64,000 bases of DNA from assembly GCF_009914755.1 (NCBI RefSeq), contig NC_060930.1, one strand, 5' to 3'. This stretch comes from the human T2T-CHM13v2.0 reference genome, Homo sapiens. Under the pieces are notes generated by a model. The model saw nothing but the letters and a program-made list of their open reading frames with translations. It did not search any database and was not told where the DNA came from. A program made the translations under genes and the position numbers. Positions 16,654 through 30,808 of this stretch are shown here, one piece after another (the first letter of the stretch is position 1; each line of letters starts with the position of its first letter).

Positions 16654-17009
16654 TCACTTGTCACCACAACTTCCTGTTTTACTTTGATCCTTGCACTTAT
16701 CACTGTCTGTTCTTTCTGTTGTTTGTTGACTGACTTTGCTCACTAGCACATAAACTGTAGGAGAGCAGGGGCCTCAGAGGCTGCGATTCCCCAAGCCCCA
16801 AATCATGTCTGATATAGTTTAGATGCTCAAAAATGTTTACTGTTTGGATGTTGGGAAGAGGAGAAGAAGAGACAGGCTAAAATGAAAACTTCGTTGCACA
16901 TAGTAGTGTATAGGTTTGTGTTTTCTATGGGATTTTCTGATAAAAGCACTCATTTTGTATCTCTGTGGATATTAATCTCATTGCCTCATATTATAGTATA
17001 TCTACAGTT

Positions 17010-17240
17010 AGGAGCATGAGCCCTGGAATCAGTTTCAATTCTAGTTCCACTGTTGACTAGCTGTGCAACTTTAGTCAAGTTGCTTGACTTCTCTGTGCTT
17101 CTCTTGCTTTATCTGAAAGTATGGGTGATGTTGTGATGAGGATTACAGGAGATAGCACATATGAAATAGAACAGTGACTTTTTTATAACAGTGACTTTAT
17201 AGCAATCTATAAATTCTCAATAAGGGTTAACATGCTGTGA
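17010..17240 (+). mobile_element. MIR
   Basis: Core ctagttccactgttgactagctgtgcaactttagtcaagttgcttgacttctctgtgcttc. Confidence 0.7.
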
Positions 17241-18744
17241 TTGTTGGTAGTCTCATCATCATCATCATTGTCCTTTATATTTTCTTCAAACCTTTTATGT
17301 GCCTCACCCTACGTGACCCTATCAACAGGCCCAAGAATTCAGAAGAGTGGACATCACTGTCCCCTTTTGTCTGAGGATTTAAAAAGTACAAAGATCTGTG
17401 ACCTCCTCAGAATGGCCTTCGTGTCAGTGTCCACCGAGAACCCGGTCTTCTGTATCCGAATTCGGTTCCACCTGGCTTTCCTCTTAGCCTCTAAGCAAGT
17501 CATTTTCCTGTCATTTGTTCTTCCCTTTCTATAATATCATTCTTTTTCCTGTATCTGAGATTCGGGGGGTAAAGCAAATAGAATTTTATTGCCGCAACCT
17601 GATGAACGGCAAATGGCAAAGAGACTTTCTTTTTTTAAGTTGTTCATTTCAAGGATAAATCTCATAGATTCGGAGCAATCATTCCATATTGCCTGGCTGG
17701 TCATTCCTCATTTTGCACCATCTCCTTGTGTTAGCGCACATAACTCTAGCTAGTTACCGGCAGCAAAATCGTTTCCACCAGCGATGCATGGACCCTGACA
17801 GCTGCCGCATTGATTTGTAATGACTGTGTCAGCCTGTCCACCTGCATGCAGCCTCCAGGCCCCACCTCTGTTTGTGCCGCAGTTATGCTGTTTGTGTGCA
17901 CGATACTACTAATGTGGTGGAAGATAATTTGTCTTTAGTAGGTAGGATTTTCCCTTCCAGTGCTTTTTACATTATTGATTTTGCCTGATAATGCCCCACT
18001 TGTTCATAGAAACCATGAAAATAAACTAGTGATTTGAGAGTCGTAATTATTTGGGCAGAGTACACACAAAATTAATGAGGTTTTATTACTCTGACAGTTC
18101 TCAAAATTCTTTCCATTTTCCTTCATGGGTTAAAATCCCAAACTGGTCAATGAATTTAATTCAGGCAAAATGAGAGCTTGGGTCTAAGAAAAGTAATCTC
18201 AAATGTCGACTGAACCGGCACAGAGATTCCTCATTTAACAGAGTGTGTTAGACAAGAAGAGCATAGTTATTCAACAGCTTTTTTTTTTTATTATTGGCTT
18301 CCATATTGAATCACATAATTTTACAATCCAGAGATTTAGATAAAAGTTTTAAAATCAGAGGAAATAGTTTGATCTCTAGATATATTGAGGCCAGGTAAGA
18401 ATGCAGCACACTTTGAAAACCACATAAAAGGAAATTTTAAATTATGTTAGTTGTGATGGTAGCATGGACAGAAAATTATAGGTTCTTTTTTTCTCATTTT
18501 CCTGATTTTCTACAATATGATTGTTTTATAAAGAACACAACTTAAATGTTAAGGTGAACTGCCAACACTATAAATAGTAAAAATGTTAAACCAATTAATG
18601 GTGTAAAATAATCTATAGTTCGACAGTTTATTTTTATTTATTCCTCAATCTTATGACCTATTTGCTTAAATTTGAACTTAATTTAAACAAACTAAACAAA
18701 GTTTAATTAAACAAAGTTCTCCTTGGCTCCCGGGCTATGTATGT

Positions 18745-19830
18745 ATTTATTCATTCAACAAATTGGCACCAGGTGCTCCCTCCATGCCAAGGAGTTGCCT
18801 CGGTATGGAGCTACAGTGATAACCACAATTGCAAAATCTTACCATTTCAGAGTTTACCTTCTACTCAGAAATAGGAAATAATACATATAGTATTTGTTGC
18901 CAAGGAGTGATGAGCGCTCTGAAGAAAAATGAAGCAGCAGGATAAGGAAATAAAGTCAAGCGAAGGGGGAGGGGGTTGTGATTTTAGGTCAATGCAATCA
19001 TGGAGGACCTCTTGTGGGAGGTGATATTTTCACAGAGACCTAAACGAAGTGACCGAGTGGCTCAAACAGGGGCATGGGCACCCAGATTCTGAAACCTGGT
19101 CCTACTACAACTTTAAGGCAACTTGTAACTTCATTCATGAGCCCTTAAGTTCTTCAGATTGCCCCGGGATGTTTCTTTTCAATAAAGGCCTCTCTGTGGC
19201 ATTTGCTTCTCTCTCATTACCCGTAAATCAGAGCCTGTCACTGCCTGCTCAAAGCCTGCAGTGGCTCCACATTTCACTCAGAAATTCCAGGTTTCTACAA
19301 CAGCGTAAAGCCCTGCATGGTCTGCCCTCCAACCCCTAACTTTCGTTTTCACTCTCTTCATCCCTCCTACAAACTCCCTTTCCCTGGTGCCACTTCAGCC
19401 CTGCTTCCTGGCCCTCGAGGTTTGCGTTGGCTGCACCTTCTTCCAGAAGCCTCTTCCCCCAGATATCCAGATGGCTGGCTCCTCTTTCCAGCCTTGGCTG
19501 AGGTGTCACCTTCCCAGTGAAGCTTACTCTGCGACCACCAAGTTTAAAATTGCTGCCGCCTTCTCTAAGTTCTTAGACCCCTTACCCTCCTTCTTCCTTT
19601 TTTCTTCTATCTCTTATCACCTTCCACCTTCAGACGCCTGTAAATTATGTATTTATCATGTTAATTTTTTCTTGCCTATCTCTCCTCACTTCATAAGCTC
19701 CACCAAGCAGGGCAGGGGTCTTCGTCTGATTTGTTCCCTGTTGTAGCCCAAGTGTCTATAGCAGTGCCTGGGACAAAATTGATGTTCAGCAAATGCGAAT
19801 AGAAAGCAATGAATGCAGGCATGAGGTAAT
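18745..19830. mobile_element. Two L2 fragments in opposite orientation (- at about 18745-19050; + at about 19200-19830)
   Basis: L2 3'-end motifs tattcattcaacaaat (antisense) and gcagtgcctgg...gcaatgaatg (sense). Confidence 0.6.
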
Positions 19831-20064
19831 TTCTGCATGTTCACATGACTTGGTTTATTCACTGCACCGGCGAAATCCAGAATACTAAGAACACTGATCC
19901 CCCTTATTTATTCAGTTTTATGGTCCATAAAACTTTATTGCCAGTTATTTAAATAGGTAATATTATATTATGTATATATTTGTATACATGGATGCCAAAT
20001 GCCCTACTTTCAGATAGTGTCTTTAAGTGGTATGGGAAAAATATAGCAATGTCAGTCAATAGTA

Positions 20065-20279
20065 TAGTCATCCCGAGGTATACGCAAGGGATTGGTTCCA
20101 GAACCACCTCCCATACCAAATTTCGCACATCCTCCAGTCCCATAGTCAGCCCTGTGAAACCCATGTATACAGAACATCAGCCCTCCAAACACAGGTTTTT
20201 CAATCTGTGTTGGGTTGAAAATAATTCACATATGAATGGACCTATGCAGCTCAAACCTGTGTCATTCAAGGAGCAACTG
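20065..20279 (+). mobile_element. MER8-like (TcMar-Tigger MITE)
   Basis: TA-flanked; gtcatccc...ggattggttccag...caaacctgtgtcattcaaggagcaactg. Confidence 0.8.
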
Positions 20280-21774
20280 TATATTGTTTGGTCATTAATA
20301 AAATAGTGATAATATTTCTCACACTTGGCGAGGATCTCACGAAGTCACCTGGCTAGCTACTGATTATTCCAATGTAGGCAGGAAGCAGCTGAAGCCCAGA
20401 AAGGTTATTGATGTAACCTAAGTCACAGCCGGTGAGTGTGAACTCTTAAAACCCCTGCTGAGATCATATGTTCTTCATGTGGGATTTATAGGGACACAGG
20501 AAGGCTATGCACATTGGTTATCTGAGAATCTTAATAAATATTGCTATTACTGGCTGTTGCAAGTAATCTCTACAAATAAACATGATGCTGTATTTGTAGA
20601 ATGTTAGGGATAACAGTGGTGATTGTGCTATTTCCATCACTGAATTTCTCTATGAAGCCTCAATTCTACCACAGTGTCACTCACTTTGTATGGTATGGGT
20701 ATGTGTAATTCACGTGGATGTATCTTTTATTGGGAGGATGGGGAGGGAAAAGAAGACCACTTCTCTACCATCCGATGAAATGACATTTTCCCTGCATGTT
20801 AGACAATTCCACACCCTAAATGTGGCAGCCTGCCGTGAGATCAGTGAAGCTGCCGCAGCTCACCTAGTAGTTTCCACTGCAGTCCTACCTAGACCTGGGG
20901 GAAGAGGTAATCCTACAGGGAGGGGAAAAGAGATAAGGAGGGCATGTATCCTGCAAGGAAAGAATAAAACTGACAGTGTGCCAGTGAGCAACTTTGCTTT
21001 CCATTGTGTGCTGGAAATTAGAGATAACATGCCACAGCAAGTAATAAAGTACATTGAGGTATGTTTTTTTCCTTAATCAGGTTGGAGCAACCTTAATCAG
21101 GTTGGAAGGTGTTATTTTTAATTATAAACACAAACAGAAGCTTCCTGAAATGGACAACTCTTTTACACAGGGGTCGCATTTTTCGTCTTCTGACATTCAA
21201 GATGAAAAAGCCCAATATTTAAATTAAAAGGTCATCGTATTTTAAAAATAAAAATAAAACTTCTTCTCTGTATTAGAGGAGACAAATGTAGACTCGAGCC
21301 TTCTTAAATCCCATAGTTTATCTGGTATTCCAGGTGCATAGACTTCTAAATCTTGACGTTTATAGGAAATGCTTTTCACAGCCTTTACCAGGCACTATTG
21401 TTTGTCATGTTTTTAGCTGTTTCTGACGTCTCACCTAGAAATGGCATTTTCTGAAAGCTGTGATTTGGAGTAACCATGTGAAAATGAAAAGAGTGTTTAC
21501 TTTCAGCATCAACAACCTATAATCATTTGTGTAGCACCTAAGCACTTAATACAATAGGTTTACTTGGACTTGCTTTTTTAACAAAATCCACCTTTGAAAA
21601 TGTAAAGGTGTTAAATTAAGACAGCTAGAAAGTGGTTTAAACAATAAGAATAAAGAGCAATTGTGATAACAATTCTCTTAAGCAACACTGTTCTTTCAGA
21701 AAACCACTATCCCAAACCTAAAGAATTAGTGAGATAATAATTATTATTGTAGTGAGTAAGCGTTCCACATAAAT

Positions 21775-23060
21775 GTATTCATTCATTATATGTCTGTGAG
21801 TGCCTGTTGTGTTTCAGGCACCATCCTGGGCACCAGGAATACTAGGAAGGCCAAGCCAGGCGTCTCTGGCTGATAGAACTTACAGTCCTGATGACGGGTT
21901 TAGTCTGCTTGGCAGTTACAATGGAGAAAGGATAGTATTTTCAGGTGCATGTGGAAGCATCACCCGCCGAGGCCTGGGGACTTAGGGAAGGCATCTTGGA
22001 AGGAGTGGTATCTTAGAGGAACCCTGCGGGGTGAGTAAGAATCATGCTAGAGAAGATAGGAGGGGTAAGGGAATGTTACAAGCTGAAGGACCAGTCCAGT
22101 TGGAGGCACGGAGTCAGGAATAAATGAAGAGAAGGTGTAAGAGTGCCCAGCATGTCTGTAAGGAAAGGGGGAGTCAGGACAGATCATGCAGACTGGAAAA
22201 TTATGTTCATTGTTTATTCTTCATCTTGAGAACAGTGAGGTGCTTTGGGAGGGTTTTCCACGTAATCAGATTTGCAGCCTCATCACACTGCCTGCAGGGA
22301 GACTGACTTGCAAGGAGAGCAAGACATGAATCAGGGATACCAGCTAGCTGACCGTTGCTGGGATTCAGAGGATGTGATGGTGGGTAGTGGGGAAAAGGGT
22401 AGTAAGCATGGGGAAAAAGAGAGGACAGACTGGAGAGTTCTAGGAGGTGAGGTCTAAAGGGACTTGTGACCACTTAGATTTGGGGAAGTGAGGAAAGGGA
22501 GTAGGCAGTGCTGAGACTCAGGATTTGGGCGTGGGCGACTGGGTAGACCATTCCCTGAGCTGGGATCCCGAGAGAAGTGAGTTTAGGACACAAAACATTG
22601 TGATGATTTGTCCCCATTGAGTCTCAGATATCCAAATATCTAAGTAGACCTCTAAGTATACAGACATGAAACTCAAGGGAGATCTGGGCTGGGCTGGGCT
22701 GGAGATGGTTTGGACTGGTCAGTGTATACATCCTGTAGTCATGTAAATTGATGGTATTTCTCAGAGAGAATGTAGAGTAGGAAAATAAGGTGGCCCTGAT
22801 AGAAAACTCCATGGAACCCCAACATTTAATGTTTGGGGAGTAAAAAAATGACCTAGGAGTAAGAAGGACCCTCAAAAACTAAGAAGTGGTCAAAAAATAG
22901 GAGGTCAACCAAAAATGTGTAGCATTATGGAAGCCAACACAAGAGACTGTTGCTCAGCTGGGGACAAAGTGGCCCACACTGTCAAATGCAGACACATCAA
23001 ATAAGACAAGGAATGAGAAAAAGATCAGGAATAAAAGTGCCCTTTTGATTACATTTATGC
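21775..23060 (-). mobile_element. L2 fragment(s)
   Basis: Begins tattcattcatt...gtgcctgttgtgtttcaggcacc; purine-rich antisense L2 body (gagatctgggctgg...agaaaactccatggaaccccaacattt). Confidence 0.65.
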
Positions 23061-23109
23061 TATTATATAGATTCTTCAGTTACCTGTGAAGCCAGTATGC
23101 AGGCAGCAG

Positions 23110-23560
23110 GGTGTAAGTTAAGATGCTCTAGATGCAGGTAATAAAAAGGTTAAAGAGACTGAAACAATAAGCAAATTTAGAAAGTCTGCAGGCTAATAAT
23201 TTTTGTATGTTTGTCCTCTAAGGTATCCCAAATGCCTCAAACAATCTTAGAGTTTGTTGGTGCTCATTTCATATTTATTGCGTGAAAGAATGAAACTCAC
23301 ATAATAAAGTCCAATTGTAGGGCAGCTCCAGGGCTGGTTCATTCATCAGCTGTGTACCATGGCTAATGGATGCCATCCTCTGGCTGTAACTCCTCATGGT
23401 GACAAGATGGCTGCAGCAATTCCTACATCACATGCGTATACCACAGTGTACAGGGAACAAACGAAGGCTATATCTTCTTGGTATCTTGATGACAGCAAGA
23501 AAATTTTGCACCAAAGGTTTTTCAGGATTACCCTCATGTCTCATAGATGAAAATTTGCGC
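23110..23560. mobile_element. Old MaLR LTR (MLT1J/K/L-like) relic
   Basis: agggcagctccagggctggtt...ctcatggtgacaagatggctgcagcaattcc motif. Confidence 0.5.
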
Positions 23561-24821
23561 AGATAACCATCAGATATTTTCCTCTAATTTTGACAAATGT
23601 TTCCATAAATTTAAGTATTGCAAGTACAGTCACCTGCCTGAGTGCTGCTGCATGATGTAAATTCATATTGGAATATCCACCATGAAACCACCCTTTCTAA
23701 CTGCTTACCTGGACCCCTCCTGTGAACTCATGGCAGGGCAGGGTACGTGGGGCATAGTGGGCATCAATGCCTCATCCACATGTCCCCGGCCTTCCAATGC
23801 TCTATTACTCCCCAGCCACTGACATGCATTGACCTTTATAACTGGAAAGCCAGCCAAACTTTGGGAGTCTAGTAGCTGATGAAGGAAAAGCTGGAAATAG
23901 CTTAGAAAAATGTTCCAGATTTCATACTTTTGCCCAAGACTTGTGTAAAGTTAGACAAGTCAATGGGGCACGCCACCCAATTCATAATGTCTAAAAGAAC
24001 AGTACTCTTGCAGGAGTCCTGAGCCAGGGTTTCCAGTTCTGGCTCCATCGTGTTCTGTCTGTGGAAGATACAGGGCATCTTTTCATCTCTCTAGACTCTG
24101 GTTTCTGATTGAATATAACCCCAGGACCCTAGACTGCTGCCGCCAGCAAGGCCATGCTTTCATTTGATCCCTTCTCACTGTTCCCAGGCCCAAGCCTGCT
24201 TGATTGAAGGCAGTCTGTTACCAACCGGGTGATCCTCCTAGAGTCTCTGGGAATCATTCCATCCTCCCATGGAATGATGAACTCTTCAACTCCATTCTGG
24301 CCCTTGCCTGTCATCTCATAAAGGACATAATCCCGTTTGGGCTTAAAGGACGTAATCCAATGTGGGAAGTTAGGTCATCACCTGCTTAGAGCAGGTACTC
24401 GATCAAGGTTAGCTATGGTCTCCACCAGCCACCTGTTCTCCCTGCTCTTCTGCTCTCCTTTCATGCTTTTCTCAAGTCCTCTTCACAGTCCCCACCCCAC
24501 CCCACCCCACTTCCGCCCAAGTAGAGCCGAGATCCACTGAAGGCTCAGGACTCCTCCAAGGGCCATGTGTGCCTCTGTAGTTCTGTCTCACTGCTCTCAG
24601 GGCTCCCACTGTCCATGTGTGCCCTGGAGCTCATCCCCCATCCCAGCACTCCAGGTTTCCCACAACTGCAGTTTCTCTAATAGGACTACAGTACACTGAG
24701 CCAGACACTCATTATGGTGGAGATCAGTGTAGCAGCATCATTTTAACCTCTCTGTTCCAGAAATGGATTGACTTTTGCATACATGTAAGGCCCATGGTTG
24801 TGATTTTCAAGTCTACCTTGA

Positions 24822-25028
24822 GCGGTGCTGTCCAGTAGAACTTTCAACAGTAACAGAAATATTCTGTCATCTGCATCGGCCAATGCAGTATCCTCTAGCT
24901 ACGTGTGGTGGTGGAGCACTTAAAATGTGGTTACTCTGATTGAGGAACTGCTTTGTGAATTTTGTTCAATTTTAACGAACTTGAACACCACTACATGTGT
25001 CTAATGAATGCCCTATTTGAGAGCCCAG
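24822..25028. mobile_element. MER3 (hAT-Charlie)
   Basis: gctgtccagtagaactttc...gagcacttaaaatgtggtt...gaggaactg. Confidence 0.8.
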
Positions 25029-25099
25029 CTAGAGAAACAGAGCTGTGCAAATTTTGAAATGGCCATCCCCTATAACTTCCCTCCCCCAGCTCTAGCCAA

Positions 25100-25522
<423 letters not shown>

Positions 25523-26509
25523 TGACATTCTGTTCATTTATATTCAATCTCTGCCCCAGTTGCATTTTTTATATCAAAATGCCCAGAAATAGCAAGATGG
25601 TAACTCCTCTTTCAGCTACAAACCTTGGAGCCAGAGTCATTGTTTGGAAATAGTGGTCAGAGCCCTGATAGTTCATGAGGATACATCATCTGAGAAACCA
25701 TGCACTTGGCGTGCAGACTGCTGGGGAGGTATAACCATACCCGGGAGACAGGCACCACACAATTCCATGTAATGAGGCGCTCAGGTTACCAGGAGGCTGA
25801 AGGCAGGGGAAGCAGCCCAGACTCCACATGAGCCATGGTTTATTGACCATGAGGTGCAGTCAGAGGCAGCAAATACTAATAAATCCAGCAGGAAACAGCT
25901 CCAGGGAAGTGCAGCTGAAACAAGCTACCCAGGGTCAATGTCTTTGCCACTCTTGTGATGGAAAGTCATTGCATCTCACCTATTTAATGTTTTAGGCAAA
26001 GGCTTCTCAGCAAGAAGGAGAAGCCTATTAAAATCAAAATAGGATAATAAACTCAGAACAATAACCACAATAACAAAAAGCAAGATGATTCTTTGAGTAC
26101 AAAAACAGGTACCATTTCATTCCTTGTGTGAAAATATCCACTCCAAGTAACACAGAATCAATTAAATTCTGAGAATGAAAATAAATTTTGCACAGATTTT
26201 CAAGGTAGTTGGATTCAGAAGGATTTTGTGAGATGCCTGCGTGAGGCAGAAAAGAACATCACGGCTCTTGCCAGATTGTTCTTGCATATTGGTCAGAATA
26301 ATCCAAAGACTTGGCTGCAGGTAGGGGTAAAAAAACTGGAAGATTCTCTGACTTGTAGATTCTGAAAATATAGGTTCCCTGGTCCTACAGTCCCCTGTAG
26401 TGTCTGCCTCAAATCCTGACAGTGCACAGAGACTTTTAAACACAAACACACACAACAAAATGACTTTTCTTCACTTGGAAAAGTCCAAAAGTGCCAAAGA
26501 ACTAATGTA

Positions 26510-26586
26510 TTTGGTTGGTACAAATGTAATTGCAGCTTTAATGAAAAGTAATGACAAAAATTGCAATTACTTTTGCACCAACTTAA
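26510..26586. mobile_element. MADE1 (Hsmar1-derived mariner MITE)
   Basis: About 80-bp palindrome ggttggtacaaatgtaattgc...gcaattacttttgcaccaac, TA-flanked on the left. Confidence 0.88.
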
Positions 26587-27029
26587 ATCGTTTTTTGTTT
26601 TTTTCTTCTTCCAAGTAAGACTATCAAGTCTTTTTAAATGCCCAAGCATCAAATGATAGTCACACTCATTAGTAAATAGGCAACATTTAATAAGAATATA
26701 TTGCCTTCTATGCTCTACATTTAAAATTCCTTAAAATGACAACTATGGCACCATGTAATCACACGAACTCCCTAAACTCAGGCAAACTGGAGAAAATATC
26801 TCCAACAGAGATTGACAAATGCCTCAGAAACATTTCCAACTTCTTAGGCTTAGAGCTTTTAATCCATCGAGGAAATCCTTAGATAAATTATTACTTAGTT
26901 AACTGTTACTCAACACATCATTTTACGTCATTTTACTGACTATCGGGGCAACTGGCAGCTTCGATTGCAGTGATTTGAAAGGTTGTTGGGATTAACAGAA
27001 GCTTTCAGAGCTCTGCATCTTCTTGCTAA

Positions 27030-27314
<285 letters not shown>

Positions 27315-30300
27315 TTTCCATTGAAAACAATAGCTATGCCCCCTTAATGAGTGGATTTTTTTTTTCTATTCACATAGAAAACATATATCAATGTCAAAAA
27401 AGTACATAAGACGAAGTCTCTATTTCAGCCTCACTAATGTTAGGACCACTAACACCAGAATGACACTTGTGTGGGAAGCACCTTAGACTCTCCATTTGAG
27501 ATGCACAAAGGGCATGTCTGGGAAGCTAAAATGGGAACACAGAACATGCTGAACAGCAGCTCTTGTCTCAGAGAGAAAAGGCAATTAGCAAATGCTTGCG
27601 TTAGCCTCCTCTTCTGTGTCTTCACAAGGATAATTATTTGCTTTAACACAGGGTGGCTTGACTTCTTTATTTTGCTAACTATAGCCATAGGTGATCATCA
27701 GTAAATTAAAATGTGTTTGAATTTTTGCAAGCATGCATGTGTAAATTCAACACATTTGCATTACCAACAAAGATGCAGTGTAGTTAATTCTTCTTATGAT
27801 TTTTGATCTAAAATTGTCGCATGGCACTTCACTTACATAATGTTTCTTTACAATGGAAGCATAAATGTAGCCATGGTTTCATGATGTTCATTATTCTCTT
27901 CTACAAGAACTAACAGTTAAGAGAGTTTGAGTTTTGTTAATGACAACTACATGTCTTATTTATAAAGGATTCTATGTGGTTCTTGCCATCCTTAAGGAAT
28001 TAAAATTTCCAAGTAAGCCATTTTAAATTAAATCACATACATTCTCTCTCTCTCTCTCTCTCCCCCTCCCTCTCTCTTACCATATAGTACTAGCTCAGCA
28101 TCTACTGAGCTAGGGACTTCACACAAGTTATTTAACTTTCTAATGTTCACTTTTCTCTAAACAATGAGAGTGATTTTGGTACTAACTTCATAGGATGGAT
28201 GGATGGAAGGAAGGAAAAAATAAACACAGCCTGGCACATAGTAAGTTCTCTGAAATATTGTTTCAGAGGTTGTTATTATTACTATCATATATAAAAAGTC
28301 CAACATAATGCTGGACACCGAAGATGCTCCAGAAATGTTTCTTTCTCCTTTCATTTCTTCCTCCCTGTCTCTCTGCTGTGTACAGAGCCTTTTTGTGTAG
28401 AGCACAGATTTCTAGATCTATGTGAAAACTTTACTTACAAGTTTTTAAAAAATAAAAATATAAAACTTTGTTTAGCCAACAATAAAGCAGAAATTCATTC
28501 ATTTACTTTCTAGTTCTTGCTGTAATAGGTCTAAACCGTATGTCAGGCAAGAAAAAGAAAACCTGAATATAAAATGCTGTGCTGTGTTAGCTCATCTGAT
28601 ATTTCAGGATGATTTGCAAGTTTGGGTGGGGGCGCTTTTTCTCATCTCTTCCAGCCCTCATGCAGAGAATACTTTGATCTGCAAGGAAGTCAGGCATCAT
28701 CCAACACAGTCCTTTTCTTTTCAAGGGGCAGACACTAAGGTCCCCAGAAGCTAAGTGGCTTGTTGAGAGCTAGTGATGGCCAGGATAACAGGGCTCTCCC
28801 TGTGCTCTGAGTCAGGGCTTCTTTCCATTGCAGCTGCGCTTCACCCCACCTGTCTCTCCTGAGAACAAATTAGAGGCGCTCACCAGCACACCTCTGTTAA
28901 CTGAGGTTAGCAGGTCCCCCAGGAGAGCATGGTTTCTAACACCATTCTTTCTATCACCTGTCAGTGCCTCCTTCGATTTCTTTTTACCTGAGGCGGAAAA
29001 AGCATTCTCTTCCCTTGAGTCTCCAGACTGTTAAGGATTTGAGGGGCCCTCTATTAGCACTCTTCTTCTGTCTCTGAATTTCTGAACCATCTTCTGTCTC
29101 TGAGTTTCTGAACCATGTGAGAAATAAGACAAATGGGAGATCGAAGTAGGGGATCTCCTTTATCACTGGCAAAAGCTGGGCTGGAGGAAGTCGTTGATGG
29201 GTCTGATCATGCTCCTCCCCTAGCCTTGACCTCAAATCAGCCCACCAACTGGGAAAGTCTGAGTCTGGAGTCAACACGGGTCCAGGGCAGGAGGGAAAGG
29301 ATGGATTGGCTCCCCCAGTGGAGACACAGGGGCCAGTGCTTATACCCCAGCAATGAAGCAGCAGTTAAGAGGGGCAAGAGGGTAGGCAAGCAGAAGCCCT
29401 GGGGAAAACGTCTCCATGTAGAAACCAGAGGAATGAGGAATGGGTTTCCCCTCTAACCAAGCTATTATTGTTTTAGTGTAACATGGCAGCATGCAATTTT
29501 TTTGTATTTTTAAAAATAAATGTAAGCATCTTGCAGGGGAAAAAAAGTGAATGATCATTAAGTTCTATATCATGCCAGATTCACTTCAGAGCTTTGCCAA
29601 CCTGCACTCATATTTCATTTTCATGTCATTGTAATCCACATGTGCATACTGTCCTCCATTCCTGCTTTTGTGCTTGACATTATTTCAAACACATCTCATG
29701 CATCCACGTCACTCATATGGTCATTTCATTTGCATTTCTCTAATTCCTAGCAAGGTTATGCATTTTACAAGTGGCACCTGGGACTTGATTTTTTATTTAC
29801 CAGAACAAACACTCTTCCTACTTGGAAGAGTATGTTCTTTTATTAGGTCTGTGTAGCACGTATGTTTCCATTGTGCTGCTTTTGTTCTTCTGTTTGGTGT
29901 ACAACATTTCCTTTTGCAAATTAAAAATCAGAAAGTTCTATAAGGAAGTCAGCACTATCCATCTGGCTTCCCTCTTGAACAACCTGAATAAATAAATAAA
30001 TATATATTTGTTTCTACTATTCTATTTTTCGTACATTTTTATTCTGGTTTTAAAGTTTTATTTTTAGTTTTTGGATCTGTGTGAAATGTATTGCCATATT
30101 GGTTCAATATATAGATATAAAGCAATTCTTCATAGTCATATTCAATGGTTATTTATTAAATAAGGATTTCTTAGCTCACTAGAGATACATTTTAAACATG
30201 GGTTTTCAAAAATATGAACCATAATTCATATCATAGAAAATCAGATTTAGTGGTGAGCTTACATTTATTAATGTACTTTTGTGTTTCAGAATTAGAGTTG

Positions 30301-30384
30301 ACACTTTTAAAAATCCTAAACTCCAGAGGGTCCTGAACCCTGAGCCTTTTCAGAATAAAATGTCCTTCCTTCATACAATATTTT

Positions 30385-30497
30385 ACCAGATATGGTGGCT
30401 CATTCCTGTAATTTCAGCACTTTGGGAGGCCGAGGCAGGAGGATCACTTGAGCCCAGGAGTTCAAGACCAGCCTTGGCAAAATAGCAAGACCCCATC

Positions 30498-30538
<41 letters not shown>

Positions 30539-30668
30539 AGGCATGGTAGTGTGCACCTGTAGTCCCAGCTACTTGGGAGGCTGAAGTGAGAGGATCACTT
30601 GAACCTAGGAGGTAAAGTCTGCACTCCAGCCTGGGTGATGGAGCAACACTCTGAGAGCAAGACACTCT
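30385..30668 (+). mobile_element. Alu (AluJ-like) with an about 35-nt poly-A linker and a small right-arm deletion
   Basis: Alu arms flank the A-run at 30501-30535. Confidence 0.9.
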
Positions 30669-30696
30669 CTGTCTGTCTGTCTGTCTCTCTCTTGCG

Positions 30697-30727
<31 letters not shown>

Positions 30728-30808
30728 CACACACACACAGACATGCACACACATATATGTATGTATGTGTATATATATGTGTGTGTGTGTGTATATATAT
30801 ATACATAT
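30669..30808. repeat. Compound microsatellite (TCTG)n(TC)n(TA)n(CA)n...(TG)n(TA)n
   Basis: Direct reading. Confidence 0.92.
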
